DNA of 37,397 nt from assembly GCF_006345805.1 (NCBI RefSeq), contig NW_021826271.1, positions 1 to 37,397 on the forward strand. Direction: 5' to 3'. Below, in pieces: positions 23,276-36,239 of this stretch; the stretch's first letter is position 1, and each line of letters opens with the position of its first letter. The notes beneath the pieces were generated by a model. It had not been told where the DNA came from. It was given only the letters and a program-made list of their open reading frames with translations, and did no database searches. This stretch comes from Octopus sinensis. Taxonomy: Eukaryota. The translations under genes and the position numbers were made by a program.

Positions 23276-24489
23276 AATCTTTGATTACATCTTTATTTTT
23301 CATATACAAAATCATAAAATTGATTGACACATGTTTATAGTGGTAATGTGTGGTGTTTGAAATTAAAAATCCATATTTTAAGATACCAATGGCTGATCTT
23401 ATGCTCTGATGACTAATTCATATTATCTATATGCATATGTCTATGTTTTTTTTCATTCACTTTTTTTTTTCTTTCTTTATCAGTTGAAAATATATTTCTT
23501 GTTTCTCTCTTTAAACTATATATATACCTGAATATCTTAGGAAATAGGGGAGGGGTTACAAAAGACAAAAAAAAAAAAAAAGCGAAATGAAAGCATTATT
23601 TGTGAATATTTAGAAAGAAATGGCTTCATTACTAAAATGTATTCACAATATTCTGAGTGTTTTAGAGCACTGGGTATATTGTTGGAAGGCCAACTCTGAT
23701 AAATGGTCCCTTGGGTTGTAGGCAATTTTTCTTTCTTCCTGTAATCCACAATTTCCTGTTTTCTCTACCTTAAAACATAAAACTTTTGAGACTCATCAAA
23801 AGAGAAACTAAAAACTTAGATTAACATTCATTATAGAAATCTGCTTTCTTAAAAAAAAAAGTTTCTGTCATTTTCTCAATAATTTCTCATAGTGTTATTA
23901 ACGTAATTTTTTTAATATTCTTAAAATGAAAAAAATGTAAGCGCCAACTCTTCTTCTTCACACCGAAAACAAATGTCAGAACAACAAAAAAAAATCCCTG
24001 AAACAATATATTTTGAAATTTAAAGGAGATACCAAAAATTATAATAAAAATAGGTAACAAAGATGTTAAGAATAATAATTTTAACTTCACCTTAACAACA
24101 ACAACCCTTCTTTTGTAAAACTTCAAACCCCTGCCAGCTGACTTGTTTTTTTTCTCTTTTTTTTTCAATAGTTGAATCTCAAAGTAAAAAATGAGTGGTT
24201 TTTTAACCAATGATTGAATAATCTTAAATATTACGCTTGGTAAATGGTAAAAAGTCATGGCTACTTTTACCAGTACTACAGAGTCATTTGATTTTTATTC
24301 TATTTTTCAGGTTAGCATGGTTTACAATGCTAAGGATATGTTTATTTGGTTATTCCACTCTTACTTTGCCTGTTTTTATTGACTAATTCACTACTCTCTC
24401 TCTCTCATTCTCTCTCTCCCTCACTCCCTCCCTCTCCCCCTCTCTCTAACAGACATATACACACACAACCACCAATTACAAATGGTGAA

Positions 24490-24800
24490 ATATTTTTGTT
24501 GGTTGTTGAACCTATTTGTTACTATATTTCTGTTGAAATACACAACCTTTTTTCCCAGTTAATTTTGAAAATGATGAATTTAGTAAAATAACATTTTGAT
24601 GGAAGGTTTTAAGTTAGATCACTTTAACACATCAGTTATGATATTTCTGTTGAAATATACTGCCTTTGTTTCAGTTAATTTTGAAAATAATATATTTCGT
24701 AAAATAACCATACTAAGCCTGTGTTTGGAACATACGTTAACAAGAAATTTTGGTGGAAGGTTTTAATTTTGTTAACTTTAAAATAGGAAGTTTGTATCAC
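24490..24800. repeat. Unclassified interspersed repeat with internal duplication (second copy ~36690-36990)
   Basis: ctatatttctgttgaaatac..ttaattttgaaaat..gtgtttggaacat..aaattt appears twice within each locus and at both loci. Confidence 0.6.
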
Positions 24801-25524
24801 AAGACCAAGGGCAGACTTAGGTGTGTCGATAGTAAAAGGCTTGATGCTTTTTTTTTTAATATCATCATAGTTACCAGTGTTGATGCATTTTATTTGTTGG
24901 TTGACTCTTTTTTTTTTCTGTTTGTTTTTGTTTAAGCTAAGTTAATAAATGTTAAAGTGTTTCCAGGAGTATAGCAGGCAAAAGAAAAAAAAATTACAAT
25001 ATATAAAATATTGTATTATATTTAGATAGTTCTATGCCAGTCATTGATACTTACACTGACCTTGCTCATTGCTGCTTCACTTTCATTGGGTATTTGCTGA
25101 AAACTTTGTCTTCAGTGCTGTTGAAGGATAACAACCTAACTGAATTTGCTTATTTCATACTTTTTTGTTAATATAATCTCCGTGTTCTTTCCCTCCATGC
25201 ACACACACACATACACACAGATATTTGTATACCCCAAAACGTTTTTTTTTTTTATTTTGTGGTATTATTAATTGTGGATTGCTTGCTCCTTAAAAGCATT
25301 GGGCAAAATGTATTACAGCATTTAGTTACTCCCCTTTATATTTTGAGTTCAAATCCTGCCAAGGTTATATTTGCCTTTTATCTTTCTGGGGTTGAAAAAA
25401 GAATAAAATATCAGTCAAGGGCTGGGGGATGATTTATTTGACTTTTACTCCTTCCTGCGGGGAAAAAAAAATGAGGCCTCTATGTCTGTGCTAAAAACTA
25501 TTAACTCCACTTATTGCAACTGCT

Positions 25525-25526
<2 letters not shown>

Positions 25527-25611
<85 letters not shown>

Positions 25612-25625
25612 TATTATTATTATTA
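25527..25625. repeat. (ATT)n microsatellite, ~100 bp, directly after a SINE copy
   Basis: Directly visible. Representative of many (ATT)n, (TA)n and (CA)n tracts, e.g. 1-110, 11085-11245, 11290-11365, 12490-12730, 30100-30270. Confidence 0.95.
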
Positions 25626-26097
25626 TTGCTGCTAAATATTGATGATTTTTACTTTTATTGTAACATATAGGACATGTTCATCACAAGCATTTGCATCCAT
25701 GTTTAGAATGTTAAATTTTAGAATTTTTTTGTTTCTTGTTACAAAATATATTGCCTATATATATGTGTGTTTATATGTGTGTGTATGTATATATATGTAT
25801 GTATGTATATATAGATAGATAGACATCCTTTCAACTTTACTGTGGTATGAGGTTTCAGTATTTTTCAAATTAAACCTGGATTGTTTATGGAATTTTCTAT
25901 ACCTTTATATTCCTGTTGTTTCAAAGACATTAACATTAATATTTGGTTGCTTTGCTTCACCATTTATGAGAATAATGAACTTTATCTCCATTTCAACTTA
26001 TTTCTTCAGTTTACAGCTGCTTTCTTTTCAAAGTCCATGCATTTTTCAGAATTGGGGAGTGGGGTGTAATAAATTTTACTAACCGTGTCACCATTAA

Positions 26098-26313
26098 CCC
26101 TTTAGCAATTAAACTGGCCATATCAGGTCCACGTATTCTGTTTTGTAGTCAAACTGGCCAAATTTGGCCTCTCACACCTACCATAAAATGTCATTCTAAA
26201 AACATACTATCATGTGATTCAAATGTAGGAGCAATGAGATAATGCATACTTAATTCAAGCCAATTTGAATAGATAAGCATTATGCTTAACAAAATAATAT
26301 CAATGCTAAAGGG
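26098..26313. mobile_element. piggyBac-type MITE
   Basis: TTAA|CCCTTTAGCA ... TGCTAAAGGG|TGAA terminal inverted repeats with a TTAA-like target site. Related copies at ~7270-7497 and ~32919-33065. Confidence 0.7.
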
Positions 26314-27784
26314 TGAATCTGGTGTTTGTAAAAATAATGTACTTACATAAAATTGTGATTGGAAGTTGACTTATACATTCTCATGAATATTTTGATATAT
26401 CTGTAGTGTCCTGCCTTACCTGCAGCTTCTATAACCTGATAACTAACTTGGCATGCTTTGGGTTTCAACAGCTAGTTGATCCTATTAACCACTTGTTTAT
26501 TTGTTCATTTCAGATTATCATTAATACTATAGAACATTAGCAATGTTACTGTTAGAGACTTTGGTCCAAGTCTCATATAATAGAAGCAACATTAATTGAA
26601 TTAACCATTTTAATTTGTTGTCCATCTTCTTTCTCCTCTTTCCATCTCCGTTTCTCTCTTCTATTCTCTCTGTCATAAAGGTTTAGGGAGTTTTTCATTC
26701 CCATACCCTTTAATTAGCTTACTTTGTGTTTATCCCTTTTTGTATGTTTTTTTAAATATTTTTTTGCCCTCTTACTTCCAATCTCTGACACGATATTTGT
26801 AATTATGGAAACTGGAACTACTATTAACTGTATATTTCTACAAGATTTGTTACCCATAGATCAACTCTACCTTCTTTCCTACCATAATTTTACCCCCCCT
26901 CTCTCTTATTTGCTCTTTATTTTCTTTCTTCAAAGTTGTTTTCTTTAAAAGAAAATCTTCGAGAGAGAACTCTAATACCTTCGCTTCAATAATGTTTCCA
27001 TTTCTTATGTATGATGGATGTATTTACACTTTATGGTACCTATTAACTGTTTCATAGTCAAGGCCAGCAGCTGTTTGCCTTTCTCAAAGACAAAGTGTGG
27101 CACTGGTAATAATGGTTTAATAATACTGTCCTAACATAACCTCTTGGTGCCTTTTCTTTCTTATAAATTTCTTTCCCTACTAAAGTGATTTTTTTTCTTT
27201 TTTTTTTCTTTAAAGAAAGGCATCAAATTCTAAAGCCTTTTATAATAAGAAATATTTAGTATTTTATCAGATTTTGGCACAACACTCATATAAAACGACA
27301 TACAAATATAAATGCTCAGGTACATCACTATATGGACATGGCCTGAAAATGAAAATATTAACGGAATATATGTATGCAAACATGCATTTAGCTTCAAATA
27401 CTTACCATGCATGATTATTATATTAAACAAAATTATGGTCTACTCGAGTTTCCCCCTGCAGTTAGACTGACCTTAACTGTGACTGAAATGGAGGGACCTG
27501 TAGTATTTATAGAGTTGGTGTGGAGGGGTGCACAGAAGCATTGAATTTTTTAGCTGCTAATATTTGCACATTAAAGTATTTCTAACTAATTAATTTAAGC
27601 TATAATTAATTGAATACGATTCTGTATATTGAATACAAATGAACAAGTGATGAACCACACAAACTCAAAAGACAGATGTGTTATAAACGAAAACACAAGA
27701 TAAGTTCATTTTCATAGTTGTTGATAAATAGAAAATTAGTTAATTATTGATAATATTGACAAAGATAGCAATGTTTAAATTTGA

Positions 27785-28678
27785 TTAATCTTTCTCTTTC
27801 AAGAGAGTTTCTATGTCATTAGCCAAACTAATTTCATTCAGGAATGTCTGGTGGTTACCATCGTAGTAATTAATGCAGACTTTGGTGCACAATTTTGAGA
27901 GGCCATAATCAGACGATAAAGGGAGAGAGTCTGTTGGTTCCGTTTTGATTCGTAATAAATGGATGCAACCATTGTATTTTTTTCTGGGATTGTATTGATA
28001 ACCAGAATGGCAGTTCTGGATGAAGTCCCGACATTTCTGTGTCTGAAAGATTCGTAGGACTTCCGTCGTTGTTGAGAATATTGGGTGTTGTTTCATTCGT
28101 AGTTTCGTATAAACCTTCAACCAGTTTTTCTTACCTGATGGAGGGCTCATTAATGGTCGTCCAAATAAATACTTAATGGCCTACCTGAGTTTTGATTCAG
28201 TACCTTTTAGTTTCAGTAAAGATGAGCGAATCAGTAATTTAGTGTCCTGACTAATTGACTTGTAATTACTAATGAAGTTCAGGATGAAACCAATATCCAG
28301 GAACTCTTTGAACAGTTTAGTCGAGCAATCTGTTGGTAATTCCCTGGTTATATAATTACAGTGAGAATGGAAGTAATGTGGAGAGCCATCGAACAGGATC
28401 AGAACCTCAACTGGTTTGTTGCCGGTTTCTAACTGTAGGGCCATTTCGAAAGCTATGCAGGCACCGAAAGAATAACCAGCAAGTCTGTAGGGACCACAGG
28501 GGTTAGCAGCCTTCATTATGCAAATATAAAACGCTGCCATTTCCTCCACTGAATTTCTTGGAGTTTTATCAGTCAATCTAATTCCAAAACATGGTATTGT
28601 TAGCATCCGTCCCAAGGATTTCAATACATGAACATCACCTGTTACTGGGTGGACAATAAAATGTATGATATATATTTT
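27785..28678 (-). pseudogene. Orphan FASN-type (type I FAS / animal FAS-like PKS) thioesterase domain with one in-frame TAG at 28181-28183
   Basis: ORFs 28181..28624 and 27785..28150 are in the same frame, joined by TAG plus 10 sense codons (AIKYLFGRPL). The merged translation FIVHPVTG..GPYRLAGYSFGACIAFEMALQL..ILFDGSP..YNPRKKYNGCIHLLRIK..DYGLSKLC..DGNHQTFL aligns with the human FASN TE (FLVHPIEG, GPYRVAGYSYGACVAFEM, LFDGSP, YTPKAKYHGNVMLLRAK, DYNLSQVC, EGDHRTLL). An upstream in-frame TGA lies at 28679-28681, with no ATG or AG acceptor before FIVHP. Confidence 0.85.
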
Positions 28679-28885
28679 TCAATCCTTACATTATAATACT
28701 ATATATAGAATGTATAGCTTCATATTTTGATTTCTCCTGTTTGTCTATATATACATTTGTTTGGAGTTGCAAACAAGAGAATGGGTACTCAATATACACA
28801 CTACAGCTTTTTACTATGTATTATCATATATAACCAAGAATCCGAGTAGTTACAGAATAAATCCTCATGTTCTTTTATTCCATTA

Positions 28886-29250
28886 CTTGTTTCAGTCATT
28901 GGACTATGGCAATGCCAGGCTAACACTTCCAAAAGTTTAACTGATCATGTTGCCCCATACTTATTACTGCTTGGTTTTATTAAGTTCTATTTGTTAAACC
29001 ACTGAGTTACTGGATGTAAAGAAAATACAACAGGAATAACATCCAGACATAAACACAGACCATACATACACATGTATGTGTGTATGTATATATATATACA
29101 CACACACACGCACACACACTATGCTTCAGCACAGTTTCTGTCTACCAAATTCTGCTCTCAGGCCAAACTGAGACTATGGTAGAATTCACTTGGCCAAGAT
29201 GCCATACATCAGGATTGATTGAGGAACCATGTGGTTCTTGCATATTTCTT
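28886..29250 (-). mobile_element. Same SINE family, diverged full-length copy with internal (CA/TA)n
   Basis: ttgtttcagtcattggactatggc..ctgagttactggatgtaaa..cagtttctgtctaccaaatt..gaaccatgtggtt. Confidence 0.65.
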
Positions 29251-30110
29251 AACTTCAAAACTATATCTGTGTACACACACACACACAGATATATAGAGAG
29301 TGATTGACTGAAACAAAATATATAGCATTTAGAACTTCTTTATAAGTTTGTGTGGAATCAATTAATATATATTTGCATAAATATGTATTTCTTTCTGGAA
29401 GCTCACTTCACTGAAATTTCTATTCTGATAATAATTGCTTTTTAAAGAAAAGTACCAGTATATGGTATTGCTAAATTTCATATGCATACACACACATATA
29501 CATTATTTGTTGAAAGTATGATTGAATTCATTAAAAAATAACTTCTATTTTAAAATAGCTTTAAAAAATTCTTTTAATTGCATATCATATTTTCAGCATA
29601 AAATGTTTATGTTCTCCACAATTACATACACATATATATTTGTGTGTAACTTATTTTTATATATATATAATATATTCATTCATCATTAGGGTGGCAATCT
29701 GGTAGAATCGTTATCACACCTGGCGAAACGCTTAGGTTGACTTTGCTTTTCATCCTTTCAGGGTTGATTAAATAAGTACCAGTTGTGCACTGGGATCGAT
29801 GTAATTGACTTAATCCCTTTGTCTGTCATTGTTGCCCCCCTCTATATTTAGCCCCCTGTGGGCAATAAAGAAATAAATATATTCAATCATCAACAACTAT
29901 GTACATACACACACAAATGAATATATGGCAATAGGTCAGTGTTTCAGTGCTATAGATATATAATTACCGATTAAGTAAACAGAAGATGGATTTGTAACGA
30001 CGATCGCTTTGACTCATCCGGTGACTGTTCTTTATTGATGGGATGCTGTGCATCATATTGTGTTGCATCAATTTTGCAATCTGGGTTACATCAGGTACAT
30101 TCACACACAT

Positions 30111-30144
<34 letters not shown>

Positions 30145-30274
30145 CTTGTGTGTGTGTATTATATATATGTGTGTGTGTATATATATATTTTTATATATGT
30201 ATTCATATATGTATATGTGTATATATATATGTGTGTATATGTATATATATATATGTGTGTGTGTATATGTATAT

Positions 30275-30830
30275 CATCATCATCGTTTAACGTCCGCTTT
30301 CCATGCTGGCATGGGTTGGACAGTTTGACTGAGGGCTGGTGAGCCAGAAGGCTGCGCCAATCCAATCTGGCAATGTTTCTACAGCTGGATGCCCTTCCTA
30401 ATGCCAGCCACTCTGAGAGTGTAGTGAGTGCTTTTTACGTGCCACCAGCACGAAGGCCAGTCAAGCAGTACTGGCATCAGCAACGCTTGAATGGTGCTTT
30501 TTACGTGTCACTGGCACGGGAGCCAGTCAGGTAGTACTGGCAATGACCACACTTGAATGGTGCTTTTTATGTGCCGCCGGCATGGGTGCCAATCAGGCGG
30601 TACTGTCATTGGCTATAACAATGACTTCATTTGCCTCAACAGGTCTTCGTAAGTGCAGTTTACTGCCCAATGATTGAAGGGTCCTCTTAAATGGGCTGGT
30701 TATGCTGCACTGGTATAGGCCACAGTTACGGTCTCATTTGGCTTGCCAGGTCTTCTCAAGCACAGCATATCTCCAAAGAACTTGGTCACTTGTCATTGCC
30801 TCGGAGAGGCCCAACATTCAAAGGTCGTGC
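30275..30830 (-). mobile_element. RTE 3' UTR copy
   Basis: catcatcatcgtttaacgtccgctttccatgctggcatgggttggacagtttgac..ggtgctttttacgtg..caacaggtcttcgtaag..aatgggctggttatgc is the reverse complement of ~1830-2447. Confidence 0.85.
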
Positions 30831-33800
30831 TTTACCACCATGTGTTTGTGTATATATATATAAATGTGTGTGTGCATATATATATATATGTATGTGTGTG
30901 TATATATATATAGTTATATATAAATATATATATATGTATGTATATGTGTATATATATTCATTTTGCAATCCTCACTAGTACTGGTGTCACAAAAAAGCAC
31001 CCAGTATACATGTGGTTGACATTGATGCATAACAGTCCTCTCTTTCATCACACCCTTTTGAACTGTCCAGTGAGCCAGCATGGAAGCTGGATGTGAAATG
31101 ATGATTATGATTCTTTTATTACTAGCCATCTCAATTATAAACATGGTTGTACGTGTCTCGAGAGTCTTGTTTGTATAAACGATAGTGAATTAATTTAGAA
31201 TATTTTACTTTTAGGAGACAAGACTTAAGCAAACATATTAGTGATTAACACAGGAAATTCATCAACTATTAGATTAATTTCATGGTTGATTGATTGTAAT
31301 GTTTTTAAAATTTCAATATAGTTCACATTGTTTTTATATGCCATTTTTTAGTCTTTCAATATTTTCCTCTTTTAATTAGATTTCTGAAATTTGTTTCCAC
31401 ATTTTGTATTCAGTTAAACATGCTCTCTCCACATGAATACCAATTTCTCTGCTGCAATTTCCACGTGATGTACACATAATTACTTTTTCACCCTTCTATC
31501 CCAATCCCTTCTGCCTTTTAACATAATCCTTCTATTCTATTTTATTAGCCTTATAACTTTTATTCTCTGTATGTATACCTTTTTTTTTTAAATATCTTTT
31601 TCATACTCATTCCTCCCTTCTGCATGAGCTTCTTTGTATACATTTCTTAACCATTCCATTTTTCTCTTCTATACCTTTTTACATACTCATTCATGCTCAG
31701 CTGCTCAACTGTTTTCCTGGGATGGGTGATTTCGCTAACCATTGATTTTTTTCCATGTTTTTTTTTCTACCTTTAGCTATTTTGTAACTTTTCAACTTGT
31801 CCCTGCTTTAAATTTTGTCTCACATACACCGTTTTCTTCAGTTTCCTCCTCTCTTTGCTTCCATTCTTCTCCCTCACTTTTACTGCATTCACATCCCACT
31901 TGACTTCACTCTTCCCCAGCCAATCACCTTCACCCCCACACCACTTATTCCTTATCATACCCTTCTCCCTACACAAATACTCTTCTTTACATGCACAAAA
32001 ATCACCACCACTCCCTCTGTTCTTAATTCCTGTAAAACTGCATACCCACCCAGCCCCTAACTGTTCTTCTCTCTCTCTCTCCTCCTTTCTATCACCTTTC
32101 TCTTTTTACTCATCAAGGACTCTGTCCAAAATGTCTGAGACCTTTTTTCCTTTTTCTTCTCAAGCATGAAACTAATAATGCCTTTGTGGAAACTTGCCCC
32201 TCTTGTCTTTCCTTGTTTTTGTCCATCCATATATATATATATACTACATTGGTTTATGTCAAACAAAATGTAGAGGATGTTGTTTTTTTTAAAATTCAAA
32301 CTGAAACTAAGAGTCTGTGCTGCACACACACACACATACACACACACACATACTCGCACCCCGAAATTTTTACTTTAAAAGATAAATACATGAAAAGCAA
32401 AGACAATCTATAGATTAAAGAAATTTTTTGCTGTCATTATTTTGCTACTTGATATTTCCATAATAATTTTATTTACTAAGGTTGTGCCATCAGTATTACA
32501 AGAACTGATATTTTATTTTTGTAGCTTTTAAATATTTAAAACAAAGGGAGAAAAAAAAACAAAAAGAAAAGAAAGCCAAAAACATTGTGCAATTCAAATA
32601 TGTCTGATTTTAGTGCTTTCCCTGGCTATGTCCCTCTTCCTGCTTCTTATTTCTTAACTGCAAAACAAACAAAAAAAATGTACATGTCTTTTAAATGTGA
32701 CCCGGTGTAGGAGTGGTTGAGAATGCTAAGGTTTCCTCTCTTGTCTGTTGATGAAATAGATCACCTGCTGTATTCTGATGTAGATTTCTTTGACTATGTC
32801 CTCAACCCTACAAAAACAAAAAAAAGAAACTTGGTTCTTAAATATGAAATTGATATTTTAAGAAGAAATGATAAATAAGTGTAATGCATTTTAAATATAC
32901 TGTTTGTCAATTAATTAACACTTTAACATTCAGATTACTCTGTGAAATGTAATGCTTATTCACATTTTGATGATGTGATTATCTATCTTTTGAATGACTT
33001 GTAGGTAGGTTTGAACATAAAACAAAATATTTGAGCTTGTTATATGCCAGTTTGAATGCTAAAGGTTTATAGATGATATTTGATAGAGGTAACTTTCAGA
33101 ACTTTGAAGAAAAAAAATATATATAAATAATGAAAAAAATACCCTAAAATTTTAAGGGTTTTAAAAAAGTACTGGTTAAATGAATCTGTTGAAGTTTTTA
33201 GTGTTCAAAAGAAAAAAAAGTTGTTGAATAAATACCTTAACATTTTGACAGTTCATAAAAATATATCTGATATCAAATACTTTAAAAGTAGGCAAAAAAA
33301 TACAAAATTCCCTTAACAAGGTACTGAAAGAAATAATATATCTCTATTGATTTTTATTGGCTTTAAAAGATTTGTGTTCATAGAAATGCACCATTGTAGA
33401 TAAACTTATTTACTACTTTTTAGCTTGAGTTACATTACAGATATGGTTTTGTTGAAGGAGTTGTGTTTCCAAAAATATTACAAACAAGCAGGAAAAAGAA
33501 TGTCAAAAAAGAAAAACACTTCTTTTTTAGTATGAGATGAAGTTTTAAGGAACATTTGTTGTCTCCCCAAACATTAAGATTTTTTTTTAGGAGATAAGCA
33601 TTTGCTCCACAAATCTGCTTCAACAGATATTCTAACTCAAAACTCCCTTTCTTATACCCATTTAGTGAGAAATTTATCATAAATGTCTTTTATATTGGTA
33701 GTACTTTGAATGTTTCATATATGGTTTATATCTAAACACCCTGGTTCATTTTGGAATGCCATTTTTACCTCCTTTTAGTACCATCTGGTTGATAGAAGAT

Positions 33801-33894
33801 GCTCCTAGTGACTTCCATGAAAAGTGCTGTGCTCTTGAATGGACTTTTTGTGAGAGTAGTTTTCTGTTCCCTTCCTTTGGAGGATTTATCAACT

Positions 33895-34080
33895 CTGGAA
33901 TGACGAAAGGCTAAGTTGACCTTGGCTCATTTTGAACTCACCAATGCTCTAATACTCTAACAATTCTGCCAATCCACCAGCCTGCACTGGTATTCATTTT
34001 ATTGACCATAGTGGGATTTGAACTCAGAACAAATTATACAAAGCATTTTATCTAACACCCCTAACGACTATCAATTCACT
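33895..34080 (-). mobile_element. Two reverse-oriented degenerate copies of the ATT-associated SINE
   Basis: aaaggctaagttgaccttgg..tttgaactcac..aacaattctgcca and gggatttgaactcagaac. Confidence 0.6.
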
Positions 34081-34609
34081 ACTGTTTTCGTTCTATGTCA
34101 GATACTTCATGATATTGCCAAGGCATATTTTTGTCATAATTTTAACCATCATCATCTACTAAACACTGACCAGTCTCTAATGAAAACAATATGCTACACA
34201 GATGTCATGTTTCCATTGTTTATTAGCTTTCCACAACAATTACTACAAGATGAAAGTATTTTATGCTTCTTGTTTATGTTAATATTGTTATTGAATTTTA
34301 CCTTTCTTTCTAAGAGCATCAAAATATATATCAGTCATTTATTTGGATTGAAGAACTTGACATGTTCTACTTTAAAATAAGTCCCTCTCTCACCCCACCC
34401 CCAAAATGTGGTTTCTGTTTATGTTAGAAATCATCAGTTTCTTGATTGACAGTCCTCTCCTCAGGGGGCTATCATACCTTTGTGTTCTATATATAACATT
34501 CATTTTTTTTTTTTAATCCCTTTTTGAATTTATTTGATTTCTATTTAACTTTCATGTCTTTGTGTTTCATGTCCTTTAATAGTTTCTCATCTGGAGCCCT
34601 TGTGGTAAA

Positions 34610-35026
34610 TATTTATTTTTATGTTCTGAGCTCATATTCTGCTTAGATCAACTTTGCCTTTCATCTCTCTAGATTTAATAAAAATAATATACCAATCAAT
34701 TACTGGAGATGATGGTATCAGTTTACTTCTCCTTTCAAAATTGCTGTCTTGGGCCTAAATTAGAAACCATTATTTTTATTAATTTTATCATTATCATCAT
34801 CATCATTATTATTATTATGATATAGCAGAATCATTAACACACTGGACAAATGCTTAGCGATATTTTTGCCTGTTGCTATATTCTGAGTTCAAGTTCAGCC
34901 AAGGTCAACTTTGCCTTTTATCCTTTCAGGGTCGATAAATTAAGTACCAGTGTAACACTGGGGTTGATGTTATTGACTAATATCCCTTATCCAAAAATTT
35001 CAGGCCTTGTGCCTTTAGGAGAAAGG

Positions 35027-35081
<55 letters not shown>

Positions 35082-36205
35082 CTCTCAATACATGGCTATG
35101 ATGCTCCCCCACTACTTCTGCTCGTGATCAGAGATGCACATATCATCAGCTGCTAAGGGACAAACTCAGCTGGTTAAGGTCAAACAACTGACAAGTAAAT
35201 CTGTGATATTGAACAGAATATTTGCTGTAGCCCATCTTTTATACCAAGACAAAACAATGTACATGATAACACTTCCAATCATTTAAAAAGTGAAGCCATG
35301 AGAACTACTGCCTGGTACTGTATCTATTATTAACATCATTATTATTATTATCATCATCATCATTATTATTTAAGGTAGCGAGCTGGCAGAATTGCTAGCA
35401 TTCTGGGTGAAATGCTTAGTAGCATCTCACTCGTTGCTACATTCTTCCTTCAAACTCTTCCGAGGTTGACTTTGCCTTTCATCCTTTCAGGGTCAATATG
35501 ATTGACTATTCCTCTCCCATCAAATTCCAGGTCATGTGCCTATAGTAAAAAGGATTATTATTATTATTATTTACGTAGTGCGGTGGTAGCATGCTTGGCA
35601 AAATGATTAATGGCATTTTGTTTTGTCTTTAAGTTCAGATTTTGCCAAGGATGAGTTTGCTTTCCATCCCTTCGGGGTTGATAAAATAAGTACCAGTCAA
35701 GTATTGGGGTTGATGTAATCAACTATCCCTCTCTCTCAAAATATATATCAGGCCTTGCACCTGTAGTAGAAAACATTATTATTAAGCCAGCAAGCTGGCA
35801 GAATTGTTAGTACTTTGGACAAAATACTTTGCAGCATTTTTTCCAGTTCTTTACACCTTGAGGTCAAATCCTGCCAAAGTCAACTTTGCCTTTCACGGTT
35901 GATAAAATAAAGTACCAGTCAAATACTACAGTCATTGTTATCAACTACCTCTTTCTCTCAAAATTTCAGCCCCTGTGCCTTTATTAGAAAGGATTATTAT
36001 TGTTTCACTAATGTGGTGCATTGGCAGAATTGTTAGCATACCAGACCAGAGTTCTTAACAGCATTTTATTTGACTCTATATTCTGAGTTCAAATTTCACC
36101 AAGGTTAGCTCTGCCTTTTATCCTTTCAGGTCAAAAACAATAAGTACCAGTTGAGTACGAAGGTTGATGTAATTGACTTAGCCCTTCTCCTAAATTTCAG
36201 GCCTT

Positions 36206-36239
<34 letters not shown>

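Noticed and set aside
23640-23770. Minus-strand acceptor with protein-like frames (e.g. GLQEERKIAYNPRDHLSEL)
   Set aside because: All three frames are similarly open and no family was recognised, so a frame cannot be chosen.
26560-26640. Minus-strand signal-peptide-like MDNKLKWLIQLMLLLLYETWTK
   Set aside because: Short, followed by a stop unless a weak donor is used, and no linkable downstream exon can be demonstrated.
28050-28184. Small intron removing the thioesterase stop (CAG/GTAGGC or CAG/GTAAGA donors to TTTCAG)
   Set aside because: The available acceptors shift the frame away from the His-containing C-terminus, or give an implausible 39-nt intron. Residues right after the stop still align with FASN.
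31400-32170. Long pyrimidine-skewed tract with several ORFs
   Set aside because: Low-complexity C/T sequence with no recognisable motif.
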